DNA from: an uncultured delta proteobacterium
Lineage (GTDB): Bacteria; Myxococcota; Myxococcia; Myxococcales; Anaeromyxobacteraceae
DNA: 64,000 bases
Direction: 5' to 3'
Assembly: GCA_963828255.1 (NCBI GenBank)
Contig: CAWHDZ010000007.1
Coordinates: forward strand, 208,034-272,033
The translations under genes and the position numbers were made by a program. The notes under the pieces were generated by a model. That model worked only from the letters and a program-made list of their open reading frames with translations. It ran no database searches and was not told the DNA's origin. Below, piece by piece: positions 29,501-39,936 of the stretch; within the stretch, counting starts at the first letter, position 1, and each line of letters opens with the position of its first letter.

Positions 29501-32500
29501 GCCGGTGGTGCTGCCCGCGTAGGCGGCGGTGGTGATGCCGCCCGTCCTGGCGAGCGTTCCGAAGGCCACGACGGCGCGAGCACCGCCGGTGCCGACGCCC
29601 GTCGCGTGGGCGACGTCGCCCGCGCCGGGAACCGTATGGCACTCGTTGCAGGCGAGCGGCGTGGAGCGCCAGCGCGTGCCGTTCAGGTGGGCCGCGTGTG
29701 CGCCGACCGCGGCGGCCGTCGCAGCGGTTGCGCCGGTGGTGTCGGCGGCGGTGGCGTTGAAGCCGGGCGCCGAGGCGCTCGACGTCGCGGCGACCGCGGT
29801 CTGGGCGAGATCGCCGTGGCAGAGGGTGCAGCCGGTCCGGCTCAGGTTGACGGTGCCGTCCACATGGGTGGCAGCGACCACGGTCGTCGCCGTGTTGCCC
29901 GCGCCGTGGCAGGTCGCGCAGGTGGCGTTGGCAGGGTGGTGGCTTGCGGCGGTGAGCGCAGGGGGCGCGCCGTGGCAAGAGGTGCAGGAGAGCGTGGCGG
30001 CCGCGGTCCAGGCCGGGGTCACGTTGGTCGCGCCTACGCCGCCGCCGAGGTTGCCGTGGCAGTAGGTGTTGGAGCAGGTGAGGGTGGTGGTGGAGTAGCT
30101 GGCCGTGGTGATGCCACCGGTCGTCGACAGGTTGGCGAGCCCAACCGTGCCGGTCGTCGCGACGCCGGTCTTGTGGACCTGGGCGGTGGGAACGACGTGG
30201 CAGGCGTTGCAGAGCACCGGACGGGAGCGGGTGCCGAGGACGTGCGAGGCGTGCACGCCGACGCCGCGGGCGGTGGTGAGGACGGTGCCATAGGTGTCGG
30301 GGGAGCCTGCGCCCCTGGGTGCGGCGCCGACGTTCGGGTCCTGCGTGCCGGTGGCGACGAGCGTGCCGCCGTGGCAGGTGGTGCAGGTGAGCGTCGAGGT
30401 ATTGACGGCGCCGTTCACGTGCAGGCCTCCGGCGACGTTGACGACTCCGGCCGCGGTGACCGTGCCACCGTGGCAGCTCGCGCAGGTGGTGAGCGCGGCG
30501 GCGTTGTGGTGGTTCGCCGTCGTCGGGAGGCGACTTGTGGCAGCTGCCGCAGTCGGCGGCGACCGCGCTGTTCCAGGACCAGGAGGCGACGCTGCCGCGG
30601 GTGGTCGTCGCGTTGAGCGAGGAGCCGTGGCAGTAGGTGGCGCAGGTGGTCTGGGTGGTGGTGCCGTTGCCCTGGACGAGGGTGGCCGTGAAGGCCCCCA
30701 GGTTCGCGCCGGTGGCGGTGGCGAACGTCACGTTGACGACGCTGTTCGAGTGGGCGCTGCTCGTGTTGTTCGGATGGCACTCGGAGCAGGCGACCGGCTT
30801 GTAGACGGCGCCGGCGGCGGCAGGGTTCACGTGGCCGAGGTGGGTTCCGACGGCGACGCCTGTCGATGCGCCCGCCGTGTCGATCGGGGGAGCGGCGGCC
30901 TGGTTCAGGTCCGCGCCGGCCACGCTCGCGCGAGCGGCGGTGCCGTGGCAGGAGGTGCAGGTCAGGTTGTCGACGTCGATGACGCCGTTCAGGTGGGCCG
31001 CGGTGTTGACGGTCGTCGCCGTGTAGCCGGTGTGGCAGTTCGCGCAGGTAGCGCCGGCCGGGTGGGTGCCGCCGGGGGGCGTGCCGTGGCAGGTGCCGCA
31101 GTTCGCGGCGGCGACGCCGCCGAGCCAGGACGGGGCGAGCGTGGTCGCGCCGTTCCGGAAGTTGCCGTGGCAGTAGACGTTGGAGCAGGTGCCCGCGCCG
31201 TTCGTCCCGGCGCCGGTGGTGCTGCCCGCGTAGGCGGCGGTGGTGATGCCGCCGGTCCTGGCGAGCGTTCCGAAGGCCACGACGGATGCGAGCACCGCCG
31301 GTGCCGACGCCCGTCGCGTGGGCGACGTCGCCCGCGCCGGGAACCGTGTGGCACTCGTTGCAGGCGAGCGGCGTGGAGCGCCAGCGCGTGCCGACGAGGT
31401 GGGCCGCGTGAGCGCCGACCGCGGCGGCCGTCGCAGCGGTCGCGCCGGTGGTGTCGGCGGCGGTGGCGTTGAACCCAGGAGCCGAGGCGTTCGAGGTCGC
31501 GGCGACGGCGGTCTGGGCGAGGTCGCCGTGGCAGAGCGTGCAGCCGGAGCGGCTCAGGTTCACCGTGCCGTCCACGTGGGTCGCAGCGACCACGGTGGTG
31601 GCGGTGTTGCCGGCGCCGTGGCAGGTGGCGCAGGTGGCGTTGGCAGGGTGGTGGCTTGCGGCGGTGAGCGCGGGAGGCGCCCCGTGGCAGGCGGTGCAGG
31701 AGAGCGTGGCGACCGTCTTCCAGGTGGGCGTGGCGATGGCGCCGGCGCCGCCGGCGAAGTTGCCATGGCAATAGGTGTTCGAGCAGGTCCCGCCCGCACC
31801 CGCGTAGGTCGAGGTGACGCCGCCGGTGTTGGAGAGGTTGGCGAGCGCGACCGCTCCGGCCGTCGCGACGCCCGTCTTGTGGACCTGGACCGTGGGAACG
31901 ACGTGGCAGGCGTTGCAGAGCACCGGACGGGAGCGGGTGCCGAGGACGTGCGCCGCGTGGACGCCGACGCCGTTCGCAGTGGCCGGCGCGGTGAGGCCGT
32001 AGGTGTCGGGGGAGCCAACGCCCCTGGGGGCGGCGCCGACGTTCGGGTCCTGGGCTCCGGTGGCGACGAGCGCGCCTCCGTGGCAGGTGGTGCAGGTGAG
32101 GGTCGAGGTATTGACGGCGCCGTTCACGTGCAGGCCGCCGGCGACGTTGACGACTCCGGCCGCGTTGACGGTTCCGCCGTGGCAGCTCGCGCAGGTGGTG
32201 ATCGCGGCGGCGTTGTGGTGGTTCGCCGTCGTCGGAGGCGACTTGTGGCAGCTGCCGCAGTCGGCGGCGACCGCGCTGTTCCAGGACCAGGAGGCGACGC
32301 TGCCGCGGGTGGTCGTCGCGTTCAGCGAGGAGCCGTGGCAGTAGGTGGCGCAGGTGGTCTGGGTGGTGGTGCCGTTGCCCTGGACGAGGGTGGCCGTGAA
32401 GGCCCCCAGGTTCGCGCCGGTGGCGGTGGCGAACGTCACGTTGACGACGTTGTTCGAGTGGGCGTTGCTCGTGTTGTTCGGATGGCACTCGGAGCAGGCG

Positions 32501-35500
32501 ACCGGCTTGTAGACGGCGCCGGCGGCGGCCGGGTTCACGTGGCCGAGGTGGGTTCCGACGGCGACGCCTGTCGATGCGCCAGCGGTGTCGATCGGGGGAG
32601 CGGCGGCCTGGTTCAGGTCGGCACCGGCCACGCTCGCGCGAGCGGCGGTGCCGTGGCAGGAGGTGCAGGTGAGGTTGTCGACGTCGATGACGCCGTTCAG
32701 GTGGGCCGCGGTGTTGACCGTCGTCGCCGTGTAGCCGGTGTGGCAGTTCGCGCAGGTAGCGCCGGCCGGGTGGGTGCCGCCGGGGGGCGTGCCGTGGCAG
32801 GTGCCGCAGTTCGCGGCGGCGACGCCGCCGAGCCAGGACGGGGCGAGCGTGGTCGCGCCGTTCCGGAAGTTGCCGTGGCAGTAGACGTTGGAGCAGGTGC
32901 CGGCGCCGTTGTCCCGGCGCCGGTGGTGCTGCCCGCGTAGGCGGCGGTGGTGATGCCGCCGGTCCGGGCGAGCGTGCCGAAGGCGATGATGGCGCGCGCA
33001 CCGCCGGTGCCGACGCCCGTCGCGTGGGCGACGTCGCCCGCGCCGGGAACCGTGTGGCACTCGTTGCAGGCGAGCGGCGTGGAGCGCCAGCGCGTGCCGT
33101 CAGGTGGGCCGCGTGTGCGCCGACCGCGGCGGCCGTCGCAGCGGTTGCGCCGGTGGTGTCGGCGGCGGTGGCGTTGAAGCCGGGCGCCGAGGCGTTCGAC
33201 GTCGCGGCGACGGCGGTCTGGGCGAGATCGCCGTGGCAGAGGGTGCAGCCGGAGCGGCTCAGGTTGACGGTGCCGTCCACATGGGTCGCGGCGACCACGG
33301 TCGTCGCCGTGTTGCCCGCGCCGTGGCAGGTCGCGCAGGTGGCGTTGGCTGGGTGGTGCGACGCCGCGTTCAGGGCAGGGGGCGCGCCGTGGCAAGAGGT
33401 GCAGGAGAGCGTGGCGGCCGCGGTCCAGGCCGGGGTCACGTTGGTCGCGCCTACGCCGCCGCCGAGGTTGCCGTGGCAGTAGGTGTTGGAGCAGGTGAGG
33501 GTGGTGGTGGAGTAGCTGGCCGTGGTGATGCCACCGGTCGTCGACAGGTTGGCGAGCCCAACCGTGCCGGTCGTCGCGACGCCGGTCTTGTGGACCTGGG
33601 CGGTGGGAACGACGTGGCAGGCGTTGCAGAGCACCGGACGGGAGCGGGTGCCGAGGACGTGAGCCGCGTGGACGCCGACGCCGCGGGCGGTGGTGAGGAC
33701 GGTGCCGTAGGTGTCGGGGGAGCCTGCGCCCCTGGGCGCGGCGCCGACGTTCGGGTCCTGCGTGCCGGTGGCGACGAGCGTGCCGCCGTGGCAGGTGACG
33801 CAGGTGAGCGTCGAGGTATCGACGGCGCCGTTCACGTGCAGGCCGCCGGCGACGTTGACCACTCCGGCCGCGTTGACGGTTCCGCCGTGGCAGCTCGCGC
33901 AGGTGGTGAGCGCGGCGGCGTTGTGGTGGTTGGCGGTGGTCGGAGGCGACTTGTGGCAACTGCCGCAGTCGGCGGCGACCAGGCTGTTCCAGGACCAGGA
34001 GGCGACGCTGCCGCGGGTGGTCGTCGCGTTCAGCGAGGAGCCGTGGCAGTAGGTGGCGCAGGTGGTCTGGGTGGTGGTGCCGTTGCCCTGGACGAGGGTG
34101 GCCGTGAAGGCCCCCAGGTTCGCGCCGGTGGCCGTGGCGAAGGTGACGTTCACCGTGCTGTTCGAGTGGCTGATGTTGCCGGCGTTGTTGGTGTGGCACT
34201 CGGTGCAGGCGACCGGCTTGTAGACGGCGCCGGCGGCAGCAGGGTTCACGTGGCCGAGGTGGGTTCCGACGGCGACGCCCGTCGAGGCGCCCGCCGTGTC
34301 GATCGGGGGGGCGGCGGCCTGGTTCAGGTCTGCGCCGGCCACGCTCACGCGGCCGGTGGCGCCGTGGCACGACGTGCAGGTCATGTTGGCGACGTCGATA
34401 ACCCCATTGATGTGGGTGGTCAGGTTGACCGTCGTCGCGGTGTAACCCGTGTGGCAACTCGCGCAGGCGGCGTTGGCCGGGTGCGTCCCGCCGGGGGGCG
34501 TGCCGTGGCAGGTGCCGCAGGCGTTCGCGGCCGGCGCCGTCCAGCTCGGGACGTAGGTGGTCGCGCCGTTCCGGAAGTTGCCGTGGCAGTAGCTCGAGGC
34601 GCAGCCCGAGCCGTTCCAGGCTGGGCTCACGTTGCCCGTCTTCGCGAGCGCGCCGAACACCACCTCGGCCACCCCGTTCGAGTGGGCGTTGCTCAGGACG
34701 ACGGAATGGCACTCGCCGCAGGCCGTGCCGGAGGAGGTCGCGCTGGCCTGGAGGTGGCGCAGGTGAGCGCCGACTCCGCGGGCGGTGGTGGCCGTGTTGC
34801 CCTTGGCGTCCACCGGGGGCGCGGCGGCCAGCTGGGGGTTCAGCGTGCTGCCGGCGCGGGCCGCGTCGCCGTGGCAGGAGGTGCAGGAGAGGTTGACCTC
34901 GACCAGGCCGTTCACGTGGGTGGCCGGATCGACCGCCGTGCGCGTGGAGCCAGGGTGGCAGCTGCCGCAGCTGGCCGTGGCGGCGACGAACGGGTGGGGC
35001 GCCGGAGGCGGGCTGCCGTGGCAGCTTCCGCAGGTCACTTCCACGCTCCCGCCGGTCCAGAGCGGGCGGTTGTGGGTGGCTCCACCGAGGGTGGCGCCAT
35101 GGCAATAGTTGGTGCAGGTGAGGCCGGTCGGGTCGAAGGCGGGGGCGGCGCCGCCGGTCGAGGCGAGAGGGCCCCAGGCGAGGTCGAGGGCGCCGCTGGG
35201 GTGCGTGCCCTGGCCAGGAGTGGCGTGGCATTCGGTGCAGGCCATGGCGATGCGCAGCGAGCCCGCGTTCAGGTGGGCCTGGTGGGCGCCGACGCCGGCG
35301 GAGGTGGTGGCGCTGCTGCCCGTGGTGTCCTTGGGCGGCGCGGCGGCGAGATCGGGATTGAGCGCGGTGGCGACCCGGGTCGCGTCGCCGTGGCAGGAGG
35401 AGCAGGAAATCGCGGCGACGTCCACGCTGCCGTTCACGTGGGTCGACGCGTTGACGGAGGTCGAGGTGTAGCCGGTGTGGCACGAGGCGCAGTCGGAGCT

Positions 35501-36565
35501 CTGGGTGTGGGGCGCGGAGGGCGGGACGCCGTGGCAGGTGCCGCAGCTCGAGGCGGCCGGGTTGGTCCAGGTCGGCGTGTAGCCGGCGTTGCCGCCGGGG
35601 AAGGCGCCGTGGCAGTAGACGTTGGAGCAGGTCGCGCCGCTCCAGGACGGCGTGGCTCCGCCGGTCCCGGCGACGGTCCCGAACGCGATCTCGACCGACC
35701 CGTTCGAGTGGGTGTTGCTGGTGGGGACGGCGTGGCACTCGGTGCAGGCGGTGGCGTTGCCGTCCTTGAGGTGGAGGGCGTGCGCGCCCACCGCGCGGGT
35801 GGTCGTGGCGGACTCGCCCTTCGAGCCCGTGGGCGGCGCGGCGGAGTTGCGGGGGTTGAGCGTCGTGTCGGCGCGGGCCGGATCGCCGTGGCAGGAGGTG
35901 CAGGTCATGTTCGCGACGTCCACCTTGCCGTCCACGTGGGTGGCGAGGTTCACCGTGGTCGCGGTGTAGCCGGTGTGGCAGGTTCCGCAGTTGGAGGCCA
36001 CGCCCACGTCCGGGTGGGGAGCGGCGGGAGGCAGGCCATGGCAGGTGCCGCAGGAGGTTGCGCGGGCCTGGGTCCAGACGGGCGCATTGGTCGAGGAGCC
36101 CCCGGCGAAGCCGCCGTGGCAGTAGGACGCCGAGCAGGAGGAGCCGTTCCAGGCGGGGACCGCTCCGCCGGTGGTTGCGAGCGTTCCGAAAGCGAGGTCC
36201 ACCATTCCGTTGGCGTGGGCAGCGGTCGTGGGGACGGTGTGGCACTCGGCGCAAGCGACCGCCGGGCCGATCGTTCCGCCCTGGAGGTGGAGCTGGTGGG
36301 CCCCCACGGCGCGGGCAGTCACGTCACTTTCGCCTCTGGTTCCTTTGGGGGGAGCCGACGGGAGCATCGGGTTCGTGGAGGTCGCCACGCGGGTCGCGTC
36401 ACCGTGGCAAAGGGTGCAAGCTTTGCTTCCGCCGCCGGCCCCTCCGTCCGTCCCCTTCGAGGCCATTGGGCGTGGGTCGGAGCAACCTGAAACGAAGGCT
36501 ACGCAAACCCCTAGAATCAGGGCGCTAACGAAGCCATGGGTGCCACTTGACCGCAATCCCGACAT
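23501..36565 (-). CDS. giant lipoprotein multiheme cytochrome c, ~4354 aa reconstructed across four 1-bp indels, ~110 heme motifs
   Basis: ATG at 36565, lipobox FVSGC. Coding passes through ORFs 30989..36640, 32697..36254, 30415..33060, 28884..31295 and 23501..30418. Indels against sister repeat copies lie at ~33100 (-1), ~32910 (-1), ~31287 (+1) and ~30526 (+1). Span is 13065 nt = 4355 codons. 89 CxxCH + 21 CX3-4CH (manual count). Confidence 0.85.
25390..34390 (-). repeat. tandem ~1.7-kb three-module (15-heme) super-repeats inside the largest cytochrome
   Basis: Module A starts recur near 34378, 32667, 30958, 29250, 27573 and 25869; order ABC-ABC-ABC-AB'D-ABC-A'. Confidence 0.85.
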
Positions 36566-36635
36566 GAACCCTCCAGAGCCCAAAAACCTACACCGCAGGA
36601 ATTGCGCTTCCTTTTGTGTAGGATGATGTACCGTG

Positions 36636-36676
36636 TGCACGGGACAGGCCAGCGTTTGACTCCGATGGACTAAATG
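36636..36676 (-). promoter_or_regulatory. sigma54-like -24/-12 promoter plus adjacent box
   Basis: Same 16-mer as 23323-23338; box TGACTCCGATGGACTAAATG at 36657-36676 with the same 5-nt spacing. Confidence 0.65.
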
Positions 36677-36905
36677 TTTGATTTCTCATCTTGACCCGAC
36701 GCAATGGGGGAGGGCTTCTCGATGCCCCCGCGCGGGCTCCCGCCGCCCTCTTGACACCCAGAGTGAATGCCGCGGTTCTTGGACCAGGGCGCGAAGGAGG
36801 AAACATCTCCTCGCAATCGCTTCCTCCGCGGGGCGCGACTTGGCTATGATGAGGTCGCCACGCGCGGCTGTCCCGCGCCGGGCGGCACCTCTGAAGGAGT
36901 CGATC

Positions 36906-37127
36906 GTGACGCAAGACGAACGCCTGGCGAAGCGAGATGCGCTGCGGTCGGAGATCGTGAAGCTGGAGGAGTCGATCCGCGTCCTGCTGGAGCAGGAGGA
37001 GGAGCTCCTCCGCGAGTGCTCCCACACCTACGCGGGCGGCAAGAGCGCGCTCGTGGGTGGGCGGGTGAAGGTCTGCGTCCACTGCGGCCGATCGGTCCAG
37101 GGCAAGGACGAGAAGCTCTGGGGCTAG
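36906..37127 (+). CDS. small coiled-coil protein with CxH...CxxC putative Zn site
   Basis: GTG at 36906 after GAAGGAG; ECSH...VCVHCG; stop 7 nt before the DUF1015 gene. Confidence 0.7.
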   Translation: MTQDERLAKRDALRSEIVKLEESIRVLLEQEEELLRECSHTYAGGKSALVGGRVKVCVHCGRSVQGKDEKLWG

Positions 37128-37134
37128 CCACCCC

Positions 37135-38349
37135 GTGGCCACCCTCCATCCGTTCCGGGCGCTGCGTCCGTCGCGCGACAACGCGGTCCGCGTCGCCGCG
37201 CCCCCCTACGACGTCGTGAACACGCACGAGGCGCGCGAGATCGCCCGGGGCAACCCGGACAGCTACCTCCACGTCTCCCGCCCCGAGATAGACCTCCCCG
37301 AGGGCACCGACGACCACGCCGACGCGGTCTATGCGCGCGGGGCACGGAACCTTTCCGACTTCCGGGAACGGGGCGTGCTGCGCCCCGACGTCGAGCCCCA
37401 CTTCTACGTCTACGCGCAGAAGATGGGCGCCCACCGTCAGGTGGGGCTGGTGGCCTGCGCCTCCGTGGCCGAGTACGACGCCGACCTCGTCAAGAAGCAC
37501 GAGAAGACCCGGGCCGACAAGGAGGACGACCGCACCCGCCACATCGACGAGATGGGTGCGCACGACGAGCCGGTCTTCCTGACCTACCGCGCCTCGAGCG
37601 AGATCGACGCCGCGGTCGCCGGGGTGATGGAGGGCGCGCCCGAGTACGACATGACCACCCAGGACGCCGTCGAGCACCGGCTCTGGGTGGCGGGCGGGGA
37701 GGCCAGCGCCCGCATCGCAGCGCTCTTCCGGTCGGTTCCCGCCCTCTACGTGGCCGACGGTCACCACCGCTCGGCGGCCGCCTCCCGTGTCCACGCGCTG
37801 CGCAAGGGCAAGCCGGGCGAGCACGACCGCTTCCTCGCGGTGGTCTTCCCGCACGACCAGATGCAGATCCTGGCTTACAACCGCGTGGTCCGGGACACGA
37901 AGGGGCGAAGGCCCGCCGAGCTCCGGGCCGCGCTCGAGCAGGTGTTCAACCTCTCGCCCGCCGACCGGCCCGAGCCGGACGGGCCGCTCGCGTTCGGCGT
38001 CTTCCTCGAGGGGCGCTGGTGGCGGGCGCGGGTCCGTCCCGGGAGCTTCGACGCCAGGGACCCGGTGGCCTCGCTCGACTGCTCCATCCTGCAGGATCAG
38101 GTCCTGGCCCCGATCTTCGGGATCGCCGACCCGCGGCGCGATACCAACGTGGATTTCGTGGGCGGCATCCGCGGCGCGAAGGAGCTGGAACGGAGGGTGA
38201 ACGAGGAGGGCTGGAGCGTGGCCTTCCATCTCTTCCCGACGCGGGTGGACCAGGTGATGGACGTCTCCGACGCCGGGCAGATCATGCCGCCGAAGAGCAC
38301 ATGGTTCGAGCCGAAGCTGCGCTCCGGCCTCTTCGTGCACGCGTTCTGA
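37135..38349 (+). CDS. DUF1015 family protein
   Basis: PFRALRP, APPYDV, IKKHE-like VKKHEKTR, LYVADGHHRSAAA, MPPKSTWFEPKLRSGL. Confidence 0.9.
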   Translation: MATLHPFRALRPSRDNAVRVAAPPYDVVNTHEAREIARGNPDSYLHVSRPEIDLPEGTDDHADAVYARGARNLSDFRERGVLRPDVEPHFYVYAQKMGAHRQVGLVACASVAEYDADLVKKHEKTRADKEDDRTRHIDEMGAHDEPVFLTYRASSEIDAAVAGVMEGAPEYDMTTQDAVEHRLWVAGGEASARIAALFRSVPALYVADGHHRSAAASRVHALRKGKPGEHDRFLAVVFPHDQMQILAYNRVVRDTKGRRPAELRAALEQVFNLSPADRPEPDGPLAFGVFLEGRWWRARVRPGSFDARDPVASLDCSILQDQVLAPIFGIADPRRDTNVDFVGGIRGAKELERRVNEEGWSVAFHLFPTRVDQVMDVSDAGQIMPPKSTWFEPKLRSGLFVHAF

Positions 38350-39687
38350 TCGGGTCGCTCCCGGAATCGTCGGGCGCGACAGGCACTTGCGGCTCGTCTT
38401 CGGCAGTTCCTCCGGTGCGCAGCTTCGCGCTTCCGTTCGCCTCCGACCCCTCGCGCAGTCCGCCAGCAGTCCGGACCTGCACCGGGCCGGTAGAGAACGA
38501 CCGGGACAGCCCCTCCCGGACGTCCTCGACGTCCAGGTGGCCGTAGGTGTGGATGGTGAGGCGCACGTCCGAGTGGCGGAGGAACTTCTGCGCGACTGCC
38601 ATGCCCGCGCTCCGCACCACCGCCGTGCCGCCGGAGTGGCGGGTGTCGTGGAAGCGGACGTGCCGCGGGACGGGCTTCGCCCAGAGTGATGGCTTGCCGC
38701 AGCTCGGGCACGTCTCCGGGAGGGCCGCGGAGGGCCGCAGCTCCTTCCAGCCGCAGTGCGCGGCCCGGCAGCGATGCTCGTAGCCCTCGATGAGGCCGGC
38801 GCGGGCGATGGCGGCCCGGAGCATCCGGTTGAGTCGCAGCTTGCGCGAGTGCATGGTGCCGTCGGCCCTCGGGAACACGAGCGGGCCGGGCGCCTCGCGC
38901 AGCGCCTTCGTGAGGCGCGGCCGGAGCTGATCGGCGATGGGCACCGGTTGCGCCTTGCCGTCCTTCGTGCGCGGCGCATCCCAGGACCGGTTCACCATGA
39001 TGATGCCGGCCGCGAGATCCACGTCCTCCTTGCGCATCCCGAAGATCTCCCCCTCGCGCATCACGGCGTAGAGGCCGGTCGCCACCGGGCCCTGCCATTC
39101 CGGCGGGACCTCCGCGAGCACCGGCTCCCACTCCGAGGGCGTAGGATCTTCTTCGGCCTCGGCACGACCTTGGACCGCTCGACCTCCTCGATGGGGTTCT
39201 GGCGCCCCTCCCACGGTCCACCAGTCTTCCGCGCCACCGCGAAGATGTTGAACAGGTAGCCGCGCAGGTCGTTCCGGGACTTGGGACCGAGACTGTCCAT
39301 CTTGTCGGCGAGGAGGCGCTGGACGCGGGCGGCCGTCACCTCGCGCAGCGGCGCGCCCCAGATGGTCGGGCGCAGGTGCTTCAGCAGGAATGGCTTCACC
39401 GCCGTCGAGCGCAGCGTCTTGCCCTTCTGCTCCCACCACCAGTCGAAGAGGGCGCCGAAGGGCATCGAGAGCGATTCGCTGCGGGTCGGGTCGAGACCGA
39501 GCCGCTGCCGGCGGGCCTTCTCCTCGATCTCTCCGAGCCGCCGCCGAGCGAGTTGCTCCGTGGCCCGGGCCGAGAGGGGCAGTCCGTCGCGGCCCGTCGC
39601 CATGACGGCCTGCTGCCGCTGGCGGCCGCTCCCGTCGATCCACTGGATGATCGTCCGGCCGTTCTTCCGCTTCAGCACCGAGCCCAT
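38282..39687 (-). CDS. int: tyrosine recombinase/phage-type integrase with one -1 frameshift near 39143 (error or pseudogene)
   Basis: N-part ORF 39061..39687 (arm-binding and SAM-like) joins C-part ORF 38282..39643 at KKIL/TPSEW; catalytic residues in MREGE, RTKDG, FHDTRH, LRHS and HTYGHL. Confidence 0.85.
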
Positions 39688-39696
39688 TCGGACCTC

Positions 39697-39936
39697 CTAC
39701 CTTCGGCCAGGATCCCCGGCTACCCCATCGTCCCGCGCGAAATCCCGGACTGCGTCGGGTCTAAACCGGAAGAGCGCCCCGACGCGAACGGCGGGAAGCG
39801 ACCCCTGCCGGCGGAGCTTGTAGACCATCGACAGCGAGACCCGCAGAAAGGCGGCCACGTCCTCGGCAGTCCAGAGTGCGTCGGCAACTCGCGGCGATGC
39901 CGTCGTTGCGTCCATGGCGACCTTTGGAAAGCTCAC
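39697..39936 (-). CDS. excisionase-like HTH_17/MerR-type DNA-binding protein
   Basis: LWTAEDVAAFLRVSLSMVYKL...LPAVRVGALFRF; GTGA overlap with the upstream gene; directly before int. Confidence 0.85.
   Translation of the reverse strand: MSFPKVAMDATTASPRVADALWTAEDVAAFLRVSLSMVYKLRRQGSLPAVRVGALFRFRPDAVRDFARDDGVAGDPGRR

Noticed and set aside
30500..33110. Programmed ribosomal frameshifting in the largest cytochrome
   Set aside because: No slippery heptamers, and the equivalent positions in sister repeats are intact.
92..36490. Very long plus-strand ORFs (e.g. 92..3991, 17576..22132, 25265..30616, 33104..36490)
   Set aside because: Antisense shadows of GC3-rich repetitive cytochrome genes; V/A/G/R-rich translations with no domain motifs.
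452..36565. CRISPR array or diversity-generating retroelement as an explanation for the repeats
   Set aside because: The repeats are in-frame protein modules; there is no repeat-spacer structure, cas gene, reverse transcriptase or adenine-specific mismatch pattern.
38340..38480. tRNA gene as the integrase target
   Set aside because: No cloverleaf, T-loop or CCA end recognisable here or elsewhere in the window.
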